Shown here in pieces: positions 39,337 through 48,292 of a DNA stretch of 64,000 nucleotides; within the stretch, counting starts at the first letter, position 1, and every line of letters starts with the position of its first letter. The DNA comes from a bacterium (lineage in GTDB: Bacteria > UBA10199 > 2-02-FULL-44-16 > JAAZCA01). The position numbers and the translations under genes are program-made. Location: positions 160,001 through 224,000 of the forward strand of contig CAXXGI010000003.1 in assembly GCA_963674695.2 (NCBI GenBank), read 5' to 3'. The notes under the pieces are model-generated. The model ran no database searches, was not told the DNA's origin, and saw nothing but the letters and a program-made list of their open reading frames with translations.

Positions 39337-40173
39337 ATGGACTTCTCATCTTATTTTCCCCGCGTCGAGGAAGCCGTGAGCTGGCTTGAACAGCGCATCT
39401 CGATCAAACCCCGTGTCGTTGTCGTCCTCTCCGGTGGGCTGGGTGCGTTTGCCGATGGCATGACCGACGTCGTCGAGGTCTCCGCTGCTGATATTCCGCA
39501 TTTTCCGACCGCTTCCGCCGAAGGCCACTCCGGCAAACTCCTCTTCGGTCGGAAGGAGGGTGTCCCCATCGTCGTCCTGCAGGGACGTTATCATTATTAT
39601 GAAGGCCATGCGCCACAGATGGTTGTCTTTCCGTACTTTGTTTTGGCGGGGCTCGGTGCGCAGGAGCTCATCACCACCAATGCGGTCGGCGGTGTGAATA
39701 GCGATTTTGCGCCGGGCGATATCATGCTCGTCACCGATCATATCAATATGATGGGGATCAACCCCTTGATCGGGATCGCGATTCAACGCGCGACCGATCA
39801 GTTCACGAGCATGACCGATGCCTACAGTGCAGAGCTGAGCGAGATTGCGCGCGAGGCGGCGAAACGGTTGAAGATCGATCTCAAGGAGGGGGTTTATCTG
39901 GCGACCTCCGGTCCGAGCTATGAGACCAAGGCCGAGGTCGCGGCCTTTCGTCAGATGGGCGCGGACGCGGTGGGGATGTCCACCGTGCCGGCGGTGATCG
40001 CGGCAAATTTTCTGGGGCTGCGCGTCCTGACGTTCTCGTGCATCGCCAATCCAGCGGCTGATCTGCATGAGGGAAAGATGTCACACCAGGAGGTGCTCGA
40101 TGCGATGAACGCCATGGCGCCGAAGATGGTGGCGCTGTTGCAAGGCGTGGTCGGCGAGATGGAGACAGCATGA
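39337..40173 (+). CDS. punA: Purine-nucleoside phosphorylase (trimeric type)
   Basis: GRYHYYEG, TNAVGG, DHIN, GPSYET.AE and GADAVGMSTVP motifs. Confidence 0.93.
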   Translation: MDFSSYFPRVEEAVSWLEQRISIKPRVVVVLSGGLGAFADGMTDVVEVSAADIPHFPTASAEGHSGKLLFGRKEGVPIVVLQGRYHYYEGHAPQMVVFPYFVLAGLGAQELITTNAVGGVNSDFAPGDIMLVTDHINMMGINPLIGIAIQRATDQFTSMTDAYSAELSEIAREAAKRLKIDLKEGVYLATSGPSYETKAEVAAFRQMGADAVGMSTVPAVIAANFLGLRVLTFSCIANPAADLHEGKMSHQEVLDAMNAMAPKMVALLQGVVGEMETA

Positions 40174-41078
40174 GCGGTGAGGATACAAAAAAAATCGTTC
40201 TCGGTTGTCGGGCGAGCGCGGTCGGTATTGCGCAGGCCAAGGCTGTTTCTCCACTGTTGGAGGCGGCTGGTTTTGCCGTCGAGATTCGCGGCATCAAGAC
40301 CGTGGGCGATATGCTCGACGTGACGCTCGCCGAGACCGGCGGGGCGGGTGTCTTTGTGCGTGAAATCGATGAGGCGATCGCCAGTGGCGGAGTCGACGTA
40401 GCGGTCTATGGCATGGAGGAGGTCCCCGTCCAGATGTCCACGGGGGTGGCACTCGCAGCCGTTGGCGCGCGGGTCGACGCGCGCGAGGCGTTCATCTCGA
40501 CCGTCGCGACGCGGTTCATGGATCTGCCCAAGGGGGCGCGGGTCGGGGTGTCGGGGATGCGCCGGCAGATGCAGCTTCTGGCCCTGCGACCGGATATCGA
40601 GATCGTCGAACTCAAGGGAGATCTGCACGCACGACTCAAACAGCTGGAAGGGGGCGATGCCGATGCTCTCGTCCTCGATGCGGCGGGCCTCGTTCGGCTG
40701 AGCGTTGAGAAGGTGATCACCGAGGCGCTGGCTGTTGATCGTGTCGTTCCGGCGGCGGGTCAGGGGGCGCTGGCCATATTGGTCAAGAGCGGCGACAAGG
40801 ATTTTGCGCGCGCGATCTTTTCGGCATGTCACCATCGTGCCACGGGCGTGGTCGTGCGCGCCGAGCGTGCTTTTTTGCGTGCCCTCGGTGATGCCACCGG
40901 TGCCCCCATGGGGGGGAATGCGGAGATCAAACCCTCTGGGATTGAACTCATCGGGATGCTGGGGACACCGGACGGCATGCGTTTTGAGCGCGAGCGCGAA
41001 TCCGGCCCTGTTGAAGAGGCTGCCGAGATCGGAAAACGGCTGGCAAAGACACTCAAGGATAAACTCAGTTTGAACTGA
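40170..41078 (+). CDS. hemC: HemC (porphobilinogen deaminase)-like protein, catalytically degenerate
   Basis: HemC pattern retained (KTVGD, G.FVRE, MRR..Q, PAAGQGAL, AERAFL), but AVHSxKD reads AVYGMEE and the cofactor Cys motif GGC reads GDAT. Confidence 0.8.
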   Translation: MSGEDTKKIVLGCRASAVGIAQAKAVSPLLEAAGFAVEIRGIKTVGDMLDVTLAETGGAGVFVREIDEAIASGGVDVAVYGMEEVPVQMSTGVALAAVGARVDAREAFISTVATRFMDLPKGARVGVSGMRRQMQLLALRPDIEIVELKGDLHARLKQLEGGDADALVLDAAGLVRLSVEKVITEALAVDRVVPAAGQGALAILVKSGDKDFARAIFSACHHRATGVVVRAERAFLRALGDATGAPMGGNAEIKPSGIELIGMLGTPDGMRFERERESGPVEEAAEIGKRLAKTLKDKLSLN

Positions 41079-41095
41079 GTGCGTATCGAGTGCAC

Positions 41096-41128
41096 AAAAA
41101 AGCCCGCGACCATGCGCGGGCTTTTTTT
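41096..41128. terminator. Bidirectional intrinsic terminator
   Basis: AAAAAAGCCCGCG-ACCATG-CGCGGGCTTTTTTT between convergent genes. Confidence 0.85.
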
Positions 41129-41142
41129 CGTCTCGATGCGTA

Positions 41143-42624
41143 CTATGGCAATGAATTCCTATACAGGGCTTTCGGAGCGCCGTCGCTATCGTAGCATTGG
41201 CATTCCAGTTCAGTGTTCTTCATGCAATCGCTGCGGCTCTCGATCGTCATGCCGGAACCCATGTCGCTGTTCTGGGGAATTTCGATCTTGAGATTCTGTA
41301 CTCCGATCATGCCTTCTTCCGATACATCTGTTACGTCTGTGAGGACATATGTTCCGAACTTGCGGATGATCTGATAAACCGGGTTGAGATTCTGATACGC
41401 GGCGATGTCAGGAGTGGATTCATCATCATCGTTATAACGGCTCGGCGGGGCGGCGGCCAGATCCCGGATCTGGTTGAAGATGCGCTGTTCAGTGCCTACC
41501 TGAAAATCGCCATTTCCAAAGAGCGACACCATGTAGGGTCTGATATCCGTGGCGGGGTAACAGTATCCCGATCCGTGCTTCACGTTGATCACCGGATCGC
41601 CGATTTCAAGCGGCATGGTGGAGGTGGTCGGGCTGTCCTTGATACTCATATGGTGGGCAGAGATGACGTTGATGGCACTGATTCGATATTGGTAGTGGCA
41701 GGTTTCAGGGCCGCTCGGTGCGACCGCGACCTCCATCGGCCCACAGCAGTCGGGGCATTTTCCGTTTCGCGCTACGATGCCCGATGGCGGGCATTTGTTG
41801 GCGGGGCAGTTTTTATCATGTTCATAGGCGCACTTCTCATTCGTGAAATTTTCTTCGCCGCAATCACGGCAGTTGCCCATTTCGTCGATAAACTGTGTCT
41901 CCAGATTGCACTTGCTGCAGAGTGAGCGTCCATGGCTGATCGGCATCTCCGTTCGATCCTTCGGACAGACGCAGGGTCCGTCTGCACTCTCGCGTGTTGC
42001 CCCCTCGACGCACTGGCATTTTCCCTGTTTCAAGCGGGCCAGCGGATCGGGGGTGCTTGAATTGCTGCTCACCATGCAACTGCAGCGCATGCCTCCGGAA
42101 TGCTGGAAAAATGCATCGCCTTCGCAGCGCGTGCACACACCGGTGTCCTGATCGTATGATGCCGCGTATGGGTCGAACAATCCCGGGCATTCACACAGTC
42201 CGTTCACATTCCGGTCCATGCCATAGGGACAGATGCAGTCATTGTTGATATTGGCAATCGTGTCGGCTCTGTCGTTTTCTCCCGTACATCTGCCGCCGAC
42301 ACAGCAGGCACAGAAGCCGGCTTCGTTCGGGAGGTGAAAACGTCTGCTCGAACCAGGGCAGTCACAGACGCCGTTTTCCTTTGTTGCCCCTCGTGCACAG
42401 ACGCAGCCCCCTTCCGCTTCGTCCAAAATGCCGTCCTTACAGTCGAGTTGGAGTGGCGGGAGTTGCATCTTCTCCATCTTCGTTGGCATTTGTTTTTTGA
42501 CCTCGACTTTTTTCTCCGGCGACTTGAAGAGGCCGAAGAAGTCGAAGGCCTGAGCGGGCGTGGCGAGTGTTGTCAGGAGTAAGAGCAGCAGCAGTGAAAT
42601 GACGACCGAGGAAAAACGTTTCAT
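41143..42624 (-). CDS. Secreted Cys-rich protein with EGF-like CxC repeats
   Basis: Sec signal ending AQA-F; numerous CxC/CxxC modules; RBS GGAGG. Confidence 0.8.
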   Translation of the reverse strand: MKRFSSVVISLLLLLLLTTLATPAQAFDFFGLFKSPEKKVEVKKQMPTKMEKMQLPPLQLDCKDGILDEAEGGCVCARGATKENGVCDCPGSSRRFHLPNEAGFCACCVGGRCTGENDRADTIANINNDCICPYGMDRNVNGLCECPGLFDPYAASYDQDTGVCTRCEGDAFFQHSGGMRCSCMVSSNSSTPDPLARLKQGKCQCVEGATRESADGPCVCPKDRTEMPISHGRSLCSKCNLETQFIDEMGNCRDCGEENFTNEKCAYEHDKNCPANKCPPSGIVARNGKCPDCCGPMEVAVAPSGPETCHYQYRISAINVISAHHMSIKDSPTTSTMPLEIGDPVINVKHGSGYCYPATDIRPYMVSLFGNGDFQVGTEQRIFNQIRDLAAAPPSRYNDDDESTPDIAAYQNLNPVYQIIRKFGTYVLTDVTDVSEEGMIGVQNLKIEIPQNSDMGSGMTIESRSDCMKNTELECQCYDSDGAPKALYRNSLP

Positions 42625-42665
42625 GGAGACCTCCCTTGAGGGTGAATCAAGCAAGGCATTATACT

Positions 42666-42681
42666 AGCAAAATATATGCCA
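42666..42681 (-). promoter_or_regulatory. Sigma54 (-24/-12) promoter
   Basis: Minus strand TGGC-ATATATT-TTGCT, ~41 nt upstream of ATG 42624. Confidence 0.75.
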
Positions 42682-42721
42682 TTGGGGGAGTATTTTCGCT
42701 GTCGGGAGGGTGAATAGTGGT

Positions 42722-44059
42722 CTATTTTTCGTCGATAGGAAGGCAATTGGCGAGCGAGAGGCGCCAGAGTGAATATTCACCCCGTTGCTCATCGACGGCG
42801 GAATCGGTGCGAAGGAAGAGCCAGTCGCCGCTGATCGTCATGCCTGTCATCGCCCCAGCAGAAAAGGGCTCTTGGGCATCGAGTGCGCACCATCGCTCAT
42901 CGGAGATTTCGCGGAAATAGAGCGTCGAGGCTTCGGCATCGTGGAGCAAGACGCGCTCGCCATCATCGCTGATTGTGGCAATCGTGGCATCAGTTGGAAG
43001 GGCGTGCCCCGTTGTTTGTTCGGGCTCGTCTGCACTGGAATGGAAGAGCCATCGTGCATCCGCTGATTGCGCGAGAGAAACGATGCGCCCGGTGGGGGCG
43101 ATGACGACCTCCATCGGCGTCATCCCGCTCGGCAGCGGAAGGTCGATAGGGGATCCGCCGGCCGGTAGGAATGAGGCGCTCGTCTGCCCCTGCGTATCCT
43201 CGAGCAATGCAACGCCGTTGCCCTCGTCGTCGAGACATTGTCGAGAGCCAGCGATTGCCGCGCGCGCGTCCGACAGGGTGTGGAGTGCAGGTACCGTTCC
43301 GTCAAAGGAGGAATTCAGGCGTTCGAATCGACCTCGATTGCTTCCCGGGTCTTGGGTGACGACGCCGCCCATCCATGTGAGATCGCGCGATGCACACAGG
43401 GATGTGACACCGATGAGTGCCGCGAGATCGATCGAACCGTACTCGACATGCAGGATGCGCAGCGCAGATTCGCTCCATGTAGGGAGCTGGTAGGCGATGC
43501 GTGCCATCTTGTCGTCCACCGCAGTCTGATGCCAGGGCGCTGCTTGAAAGGAACCCGCAATGAATGCCTCGTGTCCCGTTTGAAGGTCGAGGAAGAAGGC
43601 GCGCGTCTCAATTCCATTGAAAGGGATATATCGTTCCGTTGCAAAGAGGTGTGCTCCCCCCGCGAGTGCACGCAGATCGCTCGTTGCCTTCGGGTCATGA
43701 TCAGCGATGCTATAATAGCGTCTGAGAAGCCGTGCCGGTTTTCGATCGAAGCGGCAGTCGTCGAGACAGCCCACATCCAACGACGCGTCTGTGCTGTAAT
43801 CGCACTCCTCTTCCCCTTCAACGACGCCATCGCCACAGATCGGTTCAGGGCTCTCTCTCGATTCTACAGCACGATCGTCATCGCCGCCCGGAGTGATGAT
43901 CGGAGGAGTATCGTCATCGCCGTCCGCATTCTCCGGATCGCGCTTCGGTTCTGAACCGCCGCAACCCTGGAGCGCGACCGTGCTTCCCGCGAGGACGGTG
44001 AAGAGGGCGATGGTGAGAGCGGTTGTGGTGGTGAAGACGAAACCCAGCATTGTTCTCAT
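42722..44059 (-). CDS. Lipoprotein with Myxococcus-type Cys-rich repeat and probable beta-propeller
   Basis: Lipobox LQGC; CGDGVVEGEEECD...CLDDC; blade-like motifs (ISDDGERV). Confidence 0.78.
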   Translation of the reverse strand: MRTMLGFVFTTTTALTIALFTVLAGSTVALQGCGGSEPKRDPENADGDDDTPPIITPGGDDDRAVESRESPEPICGDGVVEGEEECDYSTDASLDVGCLDDCRFDRKPARLLRRYYSIADHDPKATSDLRALAGGAHLFATERYIPFNGIETRAFFLDLQTGHEAFIAGSFQAAPWHQTAVDDKMARIAYQLPTWSESALRILHVEYGSIDLAALIGVTSLCASRDLTWMGGVVTQDPGSNRGRFERLNSSFDGTVPALHTLSDARAAIAGSRQCLDDEGNGVALLEDTQGQTSASFLPAGGSPIDLPLPSGMTPMEVVIAPTGRIVSLAQSADARWLFHSSADEPEQTTGHALPTDATIATISDDGERVLLHDAEASTLYFREISDERWCALDAQEPFSAGAMTGMTISGDWLFLRTDSAVDEQRGEYSLWRLSLANCLPIDEK

Positions 44060-44074
44060 TCCTCCCTTATATTG

Positions 44075-44102
44075 TTATCGACCACGAGGGCGGAAAGTTG
44101 CG
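44075..44102 (-). promoter_or_regulatory. Bipartite promoter-like motif CGCAAC-N14-GTCGATAA
   Basis: Minus strand CGCAAC TTTCCGCCCTCGTG GTCGATAA, then RBS AAGGGAGG and ATG 44059. Confidence 0.7.
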
Positions 44103-44272
44103 TAAATCATAGCGTCATATTCATATTGCTCTTTCCCTTGTGGTGATTGTTGTGCAGGTTCGAGCACCTCCCTTTCTTTCCCTTCGATGGACATTTCTAC
44201 TATGCGACTGATCCCTATTGACAGTGCGCCATCTCTGCGACGTATAGTGCAGCTAGGGGAGAGGAGGCCGTT

Positions 44273-44926
44273 ATGAGTTCCGATATCACGTCCATGGGTT
44301 CGATCTTCACCACGATCGCTGCGGGGAAATCCGGCGGTCGCGAGATTCGCTACGATTTCTATGTCGAATACGAAGACGGCGGGGTCGACACGGGTCGTTG
44401 GATCGACGTGAATGAAAATGGCAGAGCGGATGCGGGCGATCGCTTCGGCATCGGTTCGGATGCCAATCTCCCGCTCTTTGCGCGCGGGAACAAAAGCTGC
44501 GGTGGGAAGGTCATCGATCCAATATACGTGCGCGCGCTGGCGATGCGGGAATATCGCCCGTTTGAAATGCATCGGATGACCGAGGAAGATGTTTACAGCT
44601 ATGGGTTCTTTCTGGATGAGGTCGCGCCGCGATGGAGTCGACGGTTGAATGAAGTGCGCCAAGAGGCCAAGCGCATCGGCCAGAAGGATTGTAAGATGTC
44701 GTGTGAGAAGGGGGACGCGCCCGGATCGGGGAGGATGAAGCTCAAAACGCGTCCCGGTTTCTGGGCGAAAGAGGCCGGAGCGAGTGAGCCCTTCAGCTAT
44801 GTCGTCAGAAATCCGGGCGAAGAGGATGTGCGCATCGTGGGCGAAGTGAAGCGTTCCGCGCCCGATTACGCCATGCTCATGGGCGCGTTTCAGGCGTGCT
44901 TGAAGGTGATTGCACGTTCCAAGTGA
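44273..44926 (+). CDS. Hypothetical protein, tandem paralog A (DxNxNG Ca-binding-like loop)
   Basis: RBS GAGGAGG; DFYVEYEDGGVDTGRWIDVNENGRADAGD; clearly homologous to the next gene. Confidence 0.8.
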   Translation: MSSDITSMGSIFTTIAAGKSGGREIRYDFYVEYEDGGVDTGRWIDVNENGRADAGDRFGIGSDANLPLFARGNKSCGGKVIDPIYVRALAMREYRPFEMHRMTEEDVYSYGFFLDEVAPRWSRRLNEVRQEAKRIGQKDCKMSCEKGDAPGSGRMKLKTRPGFWAKEAGASEPFSYVVRNPGEEDVRIVGEVKRSAPDYAMLMGAFQACLKVIARSK

Positions 44927-44953
44927 GAAACGATTTCTGTTGAGGAGGTTATC

Positions 44954-45619
44954 ATGGGATTCGAGTCCGAGATCACGGGGATGGGAACGCTCTTTCTCAC
45001 CAGCAACGCGGGTGTGCGCGGCCAGCGCGAACTCGCCGTTGACTTCTATGTCGACTATGAAGATGGCACCGGCGTCGATGCGCGCTGGGTCGATACAAAC
45101 GGAAACGGACGTGTCGATGCGAATGATGCGTTTGGCATGGGGGATCTCTTCGCCCTGAGCAGCTATCAGGAACGGGAAGAACTCTTGTCGTGTCAGGATG
45201 ATTCAAAACGTCGCACCATCTGGTGGGCGGAGAAACTCCAACGGAAGACGTTCTCCGATGCGCCGCCTTTTCCGATGCGTCGCATCACCGCGGCCGAAGT
45301 GAAGCGCTTCGGTTCCTATCTCAATACGACGGCGGGCGCGTGGGCCGGCCGTATCGACCGTATCCATTCGGAAGAGAAGCGTCTCGGCACGCCGGCGGGA
45401 AAGCTCGCGTGCGAGCCGGGTGACGAGATCGGCGCCGGCCGGATGTGGATCAAGGGAACGCGCGTTTTCTGGGCCAAGGAGGAGGGGATGACCGATCCCT
45501 TCAGCCTCGTGCAACACTTCGATACCGATCCCTATTTCCTCGTCAAGGCAACCGTGTCCCCCAAGAGCCCGGACTACACCGTCCTCCGTTCCGCCTTCAC
45601 CGCCTGCCTTGCGCGGTGA
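44954..45619 (+). CDS. Hypothetical protein, tandem paralog B
   Basis: RBS GAGGAGG; DFYVDYEDGTGVDARWVDTNGNGRVDAND; shared FWAKE and PDY...AF.ACL. Confidence 0.8.
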   Translation: MGFESEITGMGTLFLTSNAGVRGQRELAVDFYVDYEDGTGVDARWVDTNGNGRVDANDAFGMGDLFALSSYQEREELLSCQDDSKRRTIWWAEKLQRKTFSDAPPFPMRRITAAEVKRFGSYLNTTAGAWAGRIDRIHSEEKRLGTPAGKLACEPGDEIGAGRMWIKGTRVFWAKEEGMTDPFSLVQHFDTDPYFLVKATVSPKSPDYTVLRSAFTACLAR

Positions 45620-45661
45620 TAATACGGTCATGTTGTACTCAGTGACAATCCTACATTGACT

Positions 45662-45689
45662 CGCAACTTTTTCCTCCATCGGCCGATAA
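45662..45689 (+). promoter_or_regulatory. Bipartite promoter-like motif CGCAAC-N14-GCCGATAA
   Basis: CGCAAC TTTTTCCTCCATCG GCCGATAA upstream of ATG 45738. Confidence 0.72.
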
Positions 45690-45737
45690 TTGAATGAGGG
45701 CCCCGCTACGGGTGTTTCTCTGAGAAAGGATTTCGCT

Positions 45738-46775
45738 ATGGGAACGGTTTGCACGACAGTGGGCTGCGCCAGGCGGCAGTGTTTCAAGCTCGGAGCGAGA
45801 GGCGATGCCAAGCGTGAGACATGTCTCGATGCGCTCAAGGATTGTCGTGAGCAGAAGGGGATTCCTGAGGACTATGCGCAGTGTCTGCAGGATGTCCTTG
45901 CGGGACGCCGTTCTCCGTCGCGGAAGAAGGTGGATGAGACCAAGGATCATGAGCCGCAGACGGAAGAGAAAAAGAGACCGAAGAAGAAGAAAAAGAAGAA
46001 AGTTGAACCCACTGCTTCCAAGCCCATCGATGAGGTGCCGCAGAAAAAGAAATCGAAAAAGAAGAAGTCAGGAAAGATGAAGGTCGAGGAACTGCTCATG
46101 GCGCCGCTCTGGGCCCATGCAAAGGTGGTCATCGGTGGTCGCGTGCGGTATTGTTCTCGGAGTGTCACCTTCGACGCGAAACGCGTCGACGATCGGCATG
46201 GTCCGTACGAGGTGGATGACTTGGCTGAAAATGCCATCAAGCATCAGAAACTCATTCCGATCTGTCGAAAGCCAAAATCCTTGAAGCCGGCCATTTTGAC
46301 GCGCTCCGAGGCCGATCGATTGGTTCGTCTCCTGCAGAAGACGCTCGATAAAAAATGCCGCTGGGTATCGGACATGGTTGATGATGCAACGCAGATGTCC
46401 CGGGAGGATTTCCAGATCCGGTTTTCGCCGAACAAACGATACAAACCCATCGAGATGGGGTTCTTCGGCGGCGACCTCAAGGACTTCGCGGATTGCTACA
46501 ACGACGGCGATTGTCTGGATGCCTCAGTTCGCATCATGCTGGGCGATGATGCCCAGATCGTTCTCGGATACCACGCTGCCAACGGCGCGAGCGAATTGAT
46601 GGAGCAGATGAGCGTGGAGCGCTTTAGGGAAAAGTTGGAGGACTCCTTTGGCGGAATTCACAGCGGGCATGAGTTGGATCTCGTCTTCTCGGATGGGGAA
46701 CAAACATTTATCATCGTGGACCATCCCTTTCATCAGATGGATGACTGGCCCGGCAATCTCCTTCGCCCGAAGTAG
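45738..46775 (+). CDS. Hypothetical protein with Cys-rich N-terminus and poly-Lys tracts
   Basis: RBS AAGGA; KKRPKKKKKKKV and KKKSKKKK; N-terminal Cys pattern similar to the 20885 product. Confidence 0.75.
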   Translation: MGTVCTTVGCARRQCFKLGARGDAKRETCLDALKDCREQKGIPEDYAQCLQDVLAGRRSPSRKKVDETKDHEPQTEEKKRPKKKKKKKVEPTASKPIDEVPQKKKSKKKKSGKMKVEELLMAPLWAHAKVVIGGRVRYCSRSVTFDAKRVDDRHGPYEVDDLAENAIKHQKLIPICRKPKSLKPAILTRSEADRLVRLLQKTLDKKCRWVSDMVDDATQMSREDFQIRFSPNKRYKPIEMGFFGGDLKDFADCYNDGDCLDASVRIMLGDDAQIVLGYHAANGASELMEQMSVERFREKLEDSFGGIHSGHELDLVFSDGEQTFIIVDHPFHQMDDWPGNLLRPK

Positions 46776-46876
46776 CTTCCGTTCGGAAAATGAATCTTCC
46801 CCTTGTTATCGCATCGTCGTCGATTGCCTTGAAAAATGGGCTGGCACATCGAAGGATGTTTCTTTGTCTCTCGTCA

Positions 46877-47111
46877 TCTGTCCCCTTGAGTTCCCCCTGT
46901 TGCGATTCATCGTGAAACGAGCCGTTTTGGCCTGCGAAGAATCGCTGCTTTAGGCCGGAGGCCTAAATTCCGAACGATGTCTGAGCCCGCCAAAAAATAG
47001 AATGAAGTTTTTTATCCTTCGGGCGAGTTCGTGAGGAAAAGCGGTTCGAGACAGATGCCAAAACGTGTGAGTGGAGCGCAGAACGCAACAGGGGGAACTC
47101 AAGGGGACAGA
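46877..47111 (+). ncRNA. Structured repeat family Y, copy 1 (candidate ncRNA or non-autonomous element)
   Basis: 28-bp perfect terminal stem; interior homologous to 60014-60250 with compensatory changes. Strand uncertain. Confidence 0.6.
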
Positions 47112-47126
47112 TTCTCCTGGGGCTCT

Positions 47127-47996
47127 CTACTCCCCACCCGGCGTGATTGTCACCACACCCGTTCCCTCGATCTCGGCGGAGCCGACCGGCGGGTCGGGGA
47201 TGGTCTGCACGCTGATCACGAAGGTGGTCGTCGTTTCATCATCGCCCACATCCACGATCAATGAGCGCAGCGGCGGGGTGGTCTTCTCCAGTGCTTTGGT
47301 GAGCCACTCTTCCGGCGGTCCGGTCGTTTCGAAACGGCGGCCGGGGGCATCGGTGAAAGAGCAGGTCGATTTCCAATCCTCGGTGATCTTGCGCTTGAAG
47401 ATGGCCTTGATGCTGGCCTGCTCCTCATCCGTGCGGCGGAAGGTGATCTCGAACGGAACCTTGGGGACGGTGACATCGAGCGCGCATTCGCCGGTCGGCC
47501 AACGCGAGAGTGCGCCTTCGACCGTGGCGGTGATGTCGGCCTCGCCACGGATGATCGCGGTGGCGGCGTTGGCCTGTCCCTTCATCTCGACGGTATAGCG
47601 TATCACGAAGGAGTCGGGCGATCCGTCGAAGACGTAGTTCATGATGATGGCGGCGTTGAGCTGAATGCCCCAGCGGTTCTGACCCTCACCCGCTTCGCCC
47701 CCCTCGATTTCTTCCTCCTCGATGGGTTCCGGCAACAGCGTGTCCGCTTCCTCTTCGGCTTCCTCGGCCTCGATCTCCTCCTCTTCGGCCGCTACCGCGG
47801 CTTCCTCTTCATCCTCGAGGGCATCGGCAAAGAGCCCCTCGTCGAGGGCCTCGTCGAGGGTCTCATCGTCCGCATCTTCCAGGGGGAGGCTGTCCTGCGC
47901 ATGGGCGGAAGTACTCGTTCCAGCGACGATTGCAGGAACGAGGAGAAAGAGCATCATCACGAGAAGTATTCGGGATCTGAATTTCATCTTCCTCAT
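47127..47996 (-). CDS. Secreted protein with acidic low-complexity N-terminal region
   Basis: Signal peptide ending SAHA-Q; Glu/Asp-rich stretch; beta-rich C-terminal domain with a Cys pair. Start is 47996 or 47987. Confidence 0.75.
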   Translation of the reverse strand: MRKMKFRSRILLVMMLFLLVPAIVAGTSTSAHAQDSLPLEDADDETLDEALDEGLFADALEDEEEAAVAAEEEEIEAEEAEEEADTLLPEPIEEEEIEGGEAGEGQNRWGIQLNAAIIMNYVFDGSPDSFVIRYTVEMKGQANAATAIIRGEADITATVEGALSRWPTGECALDVTVPKVPFEITFRRTDEEQASIKAIFKRKITEDWKSTCSFTDAPGRRFETTGPPEEWLTKALEKTTPPLRSLIVDVGDDETTTTFVISVQTIPDPPVGSAEIEGTGVVTITPGGE

Positions 47997-48183
47997 ATTA
48001 TTCAGGAATATCGCGTTCTCCTCAATAGATAAATGGGGAGAGAGGAGCTTTTCGCGTCTCCGTTTGTCTTCGGATTCCGGTTCCCGATTTCCCGATCGTG
48101 ATCCGTTGTTTCGCACATGGTTCAGGATGAGGTAAAATATCTTGTAACACCTCGATATAATTAGAGAATAAATGAGCGGTTGC

Positions 48184-48213
48184 CGCAACATTGCCCCCCC
48201 ATCCTGCCGATAA
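48184..48213 (+). promoter_or_regulatory. Bipartite promoter-like motif CGCAAC-N16-GCCGATAA
   Basis: CGCAAC ATTGCCCCCCCATCCT GCCGATAA upstream of the giant ORF. Confidence 0.62.
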
Positions 48214-48292
48214 TAAGGGGGAGGCAGTATATCCGTGAAAAGGGGTGGGGCTCGCCCGATGGACTCCCTTTCACATTCCGTATGGGGCATTG

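Noticed and set aside
44218-44248. Sigma70 promoter TTGACA...TATAGT for the paralog pair
   Set aside because: The 19-nt spacer is suboptimal; plausible but not supportable.
46805-46828. Ninth copy of the bipartite promoter motif (GGCAAT-N10-GCGATAAC, minus strand)
   Set aside because: Spacer too short, both halves degenerate, and it faces no gene start.
46877-47111. 6S RNA, tmRNA, RNase P or a known riboswitch
   Set aside because: Two dispersed copies, no recognisable hallmark motifs, and this copy lies between convergent genes. An Rfam scan is needed to exclude these fully.
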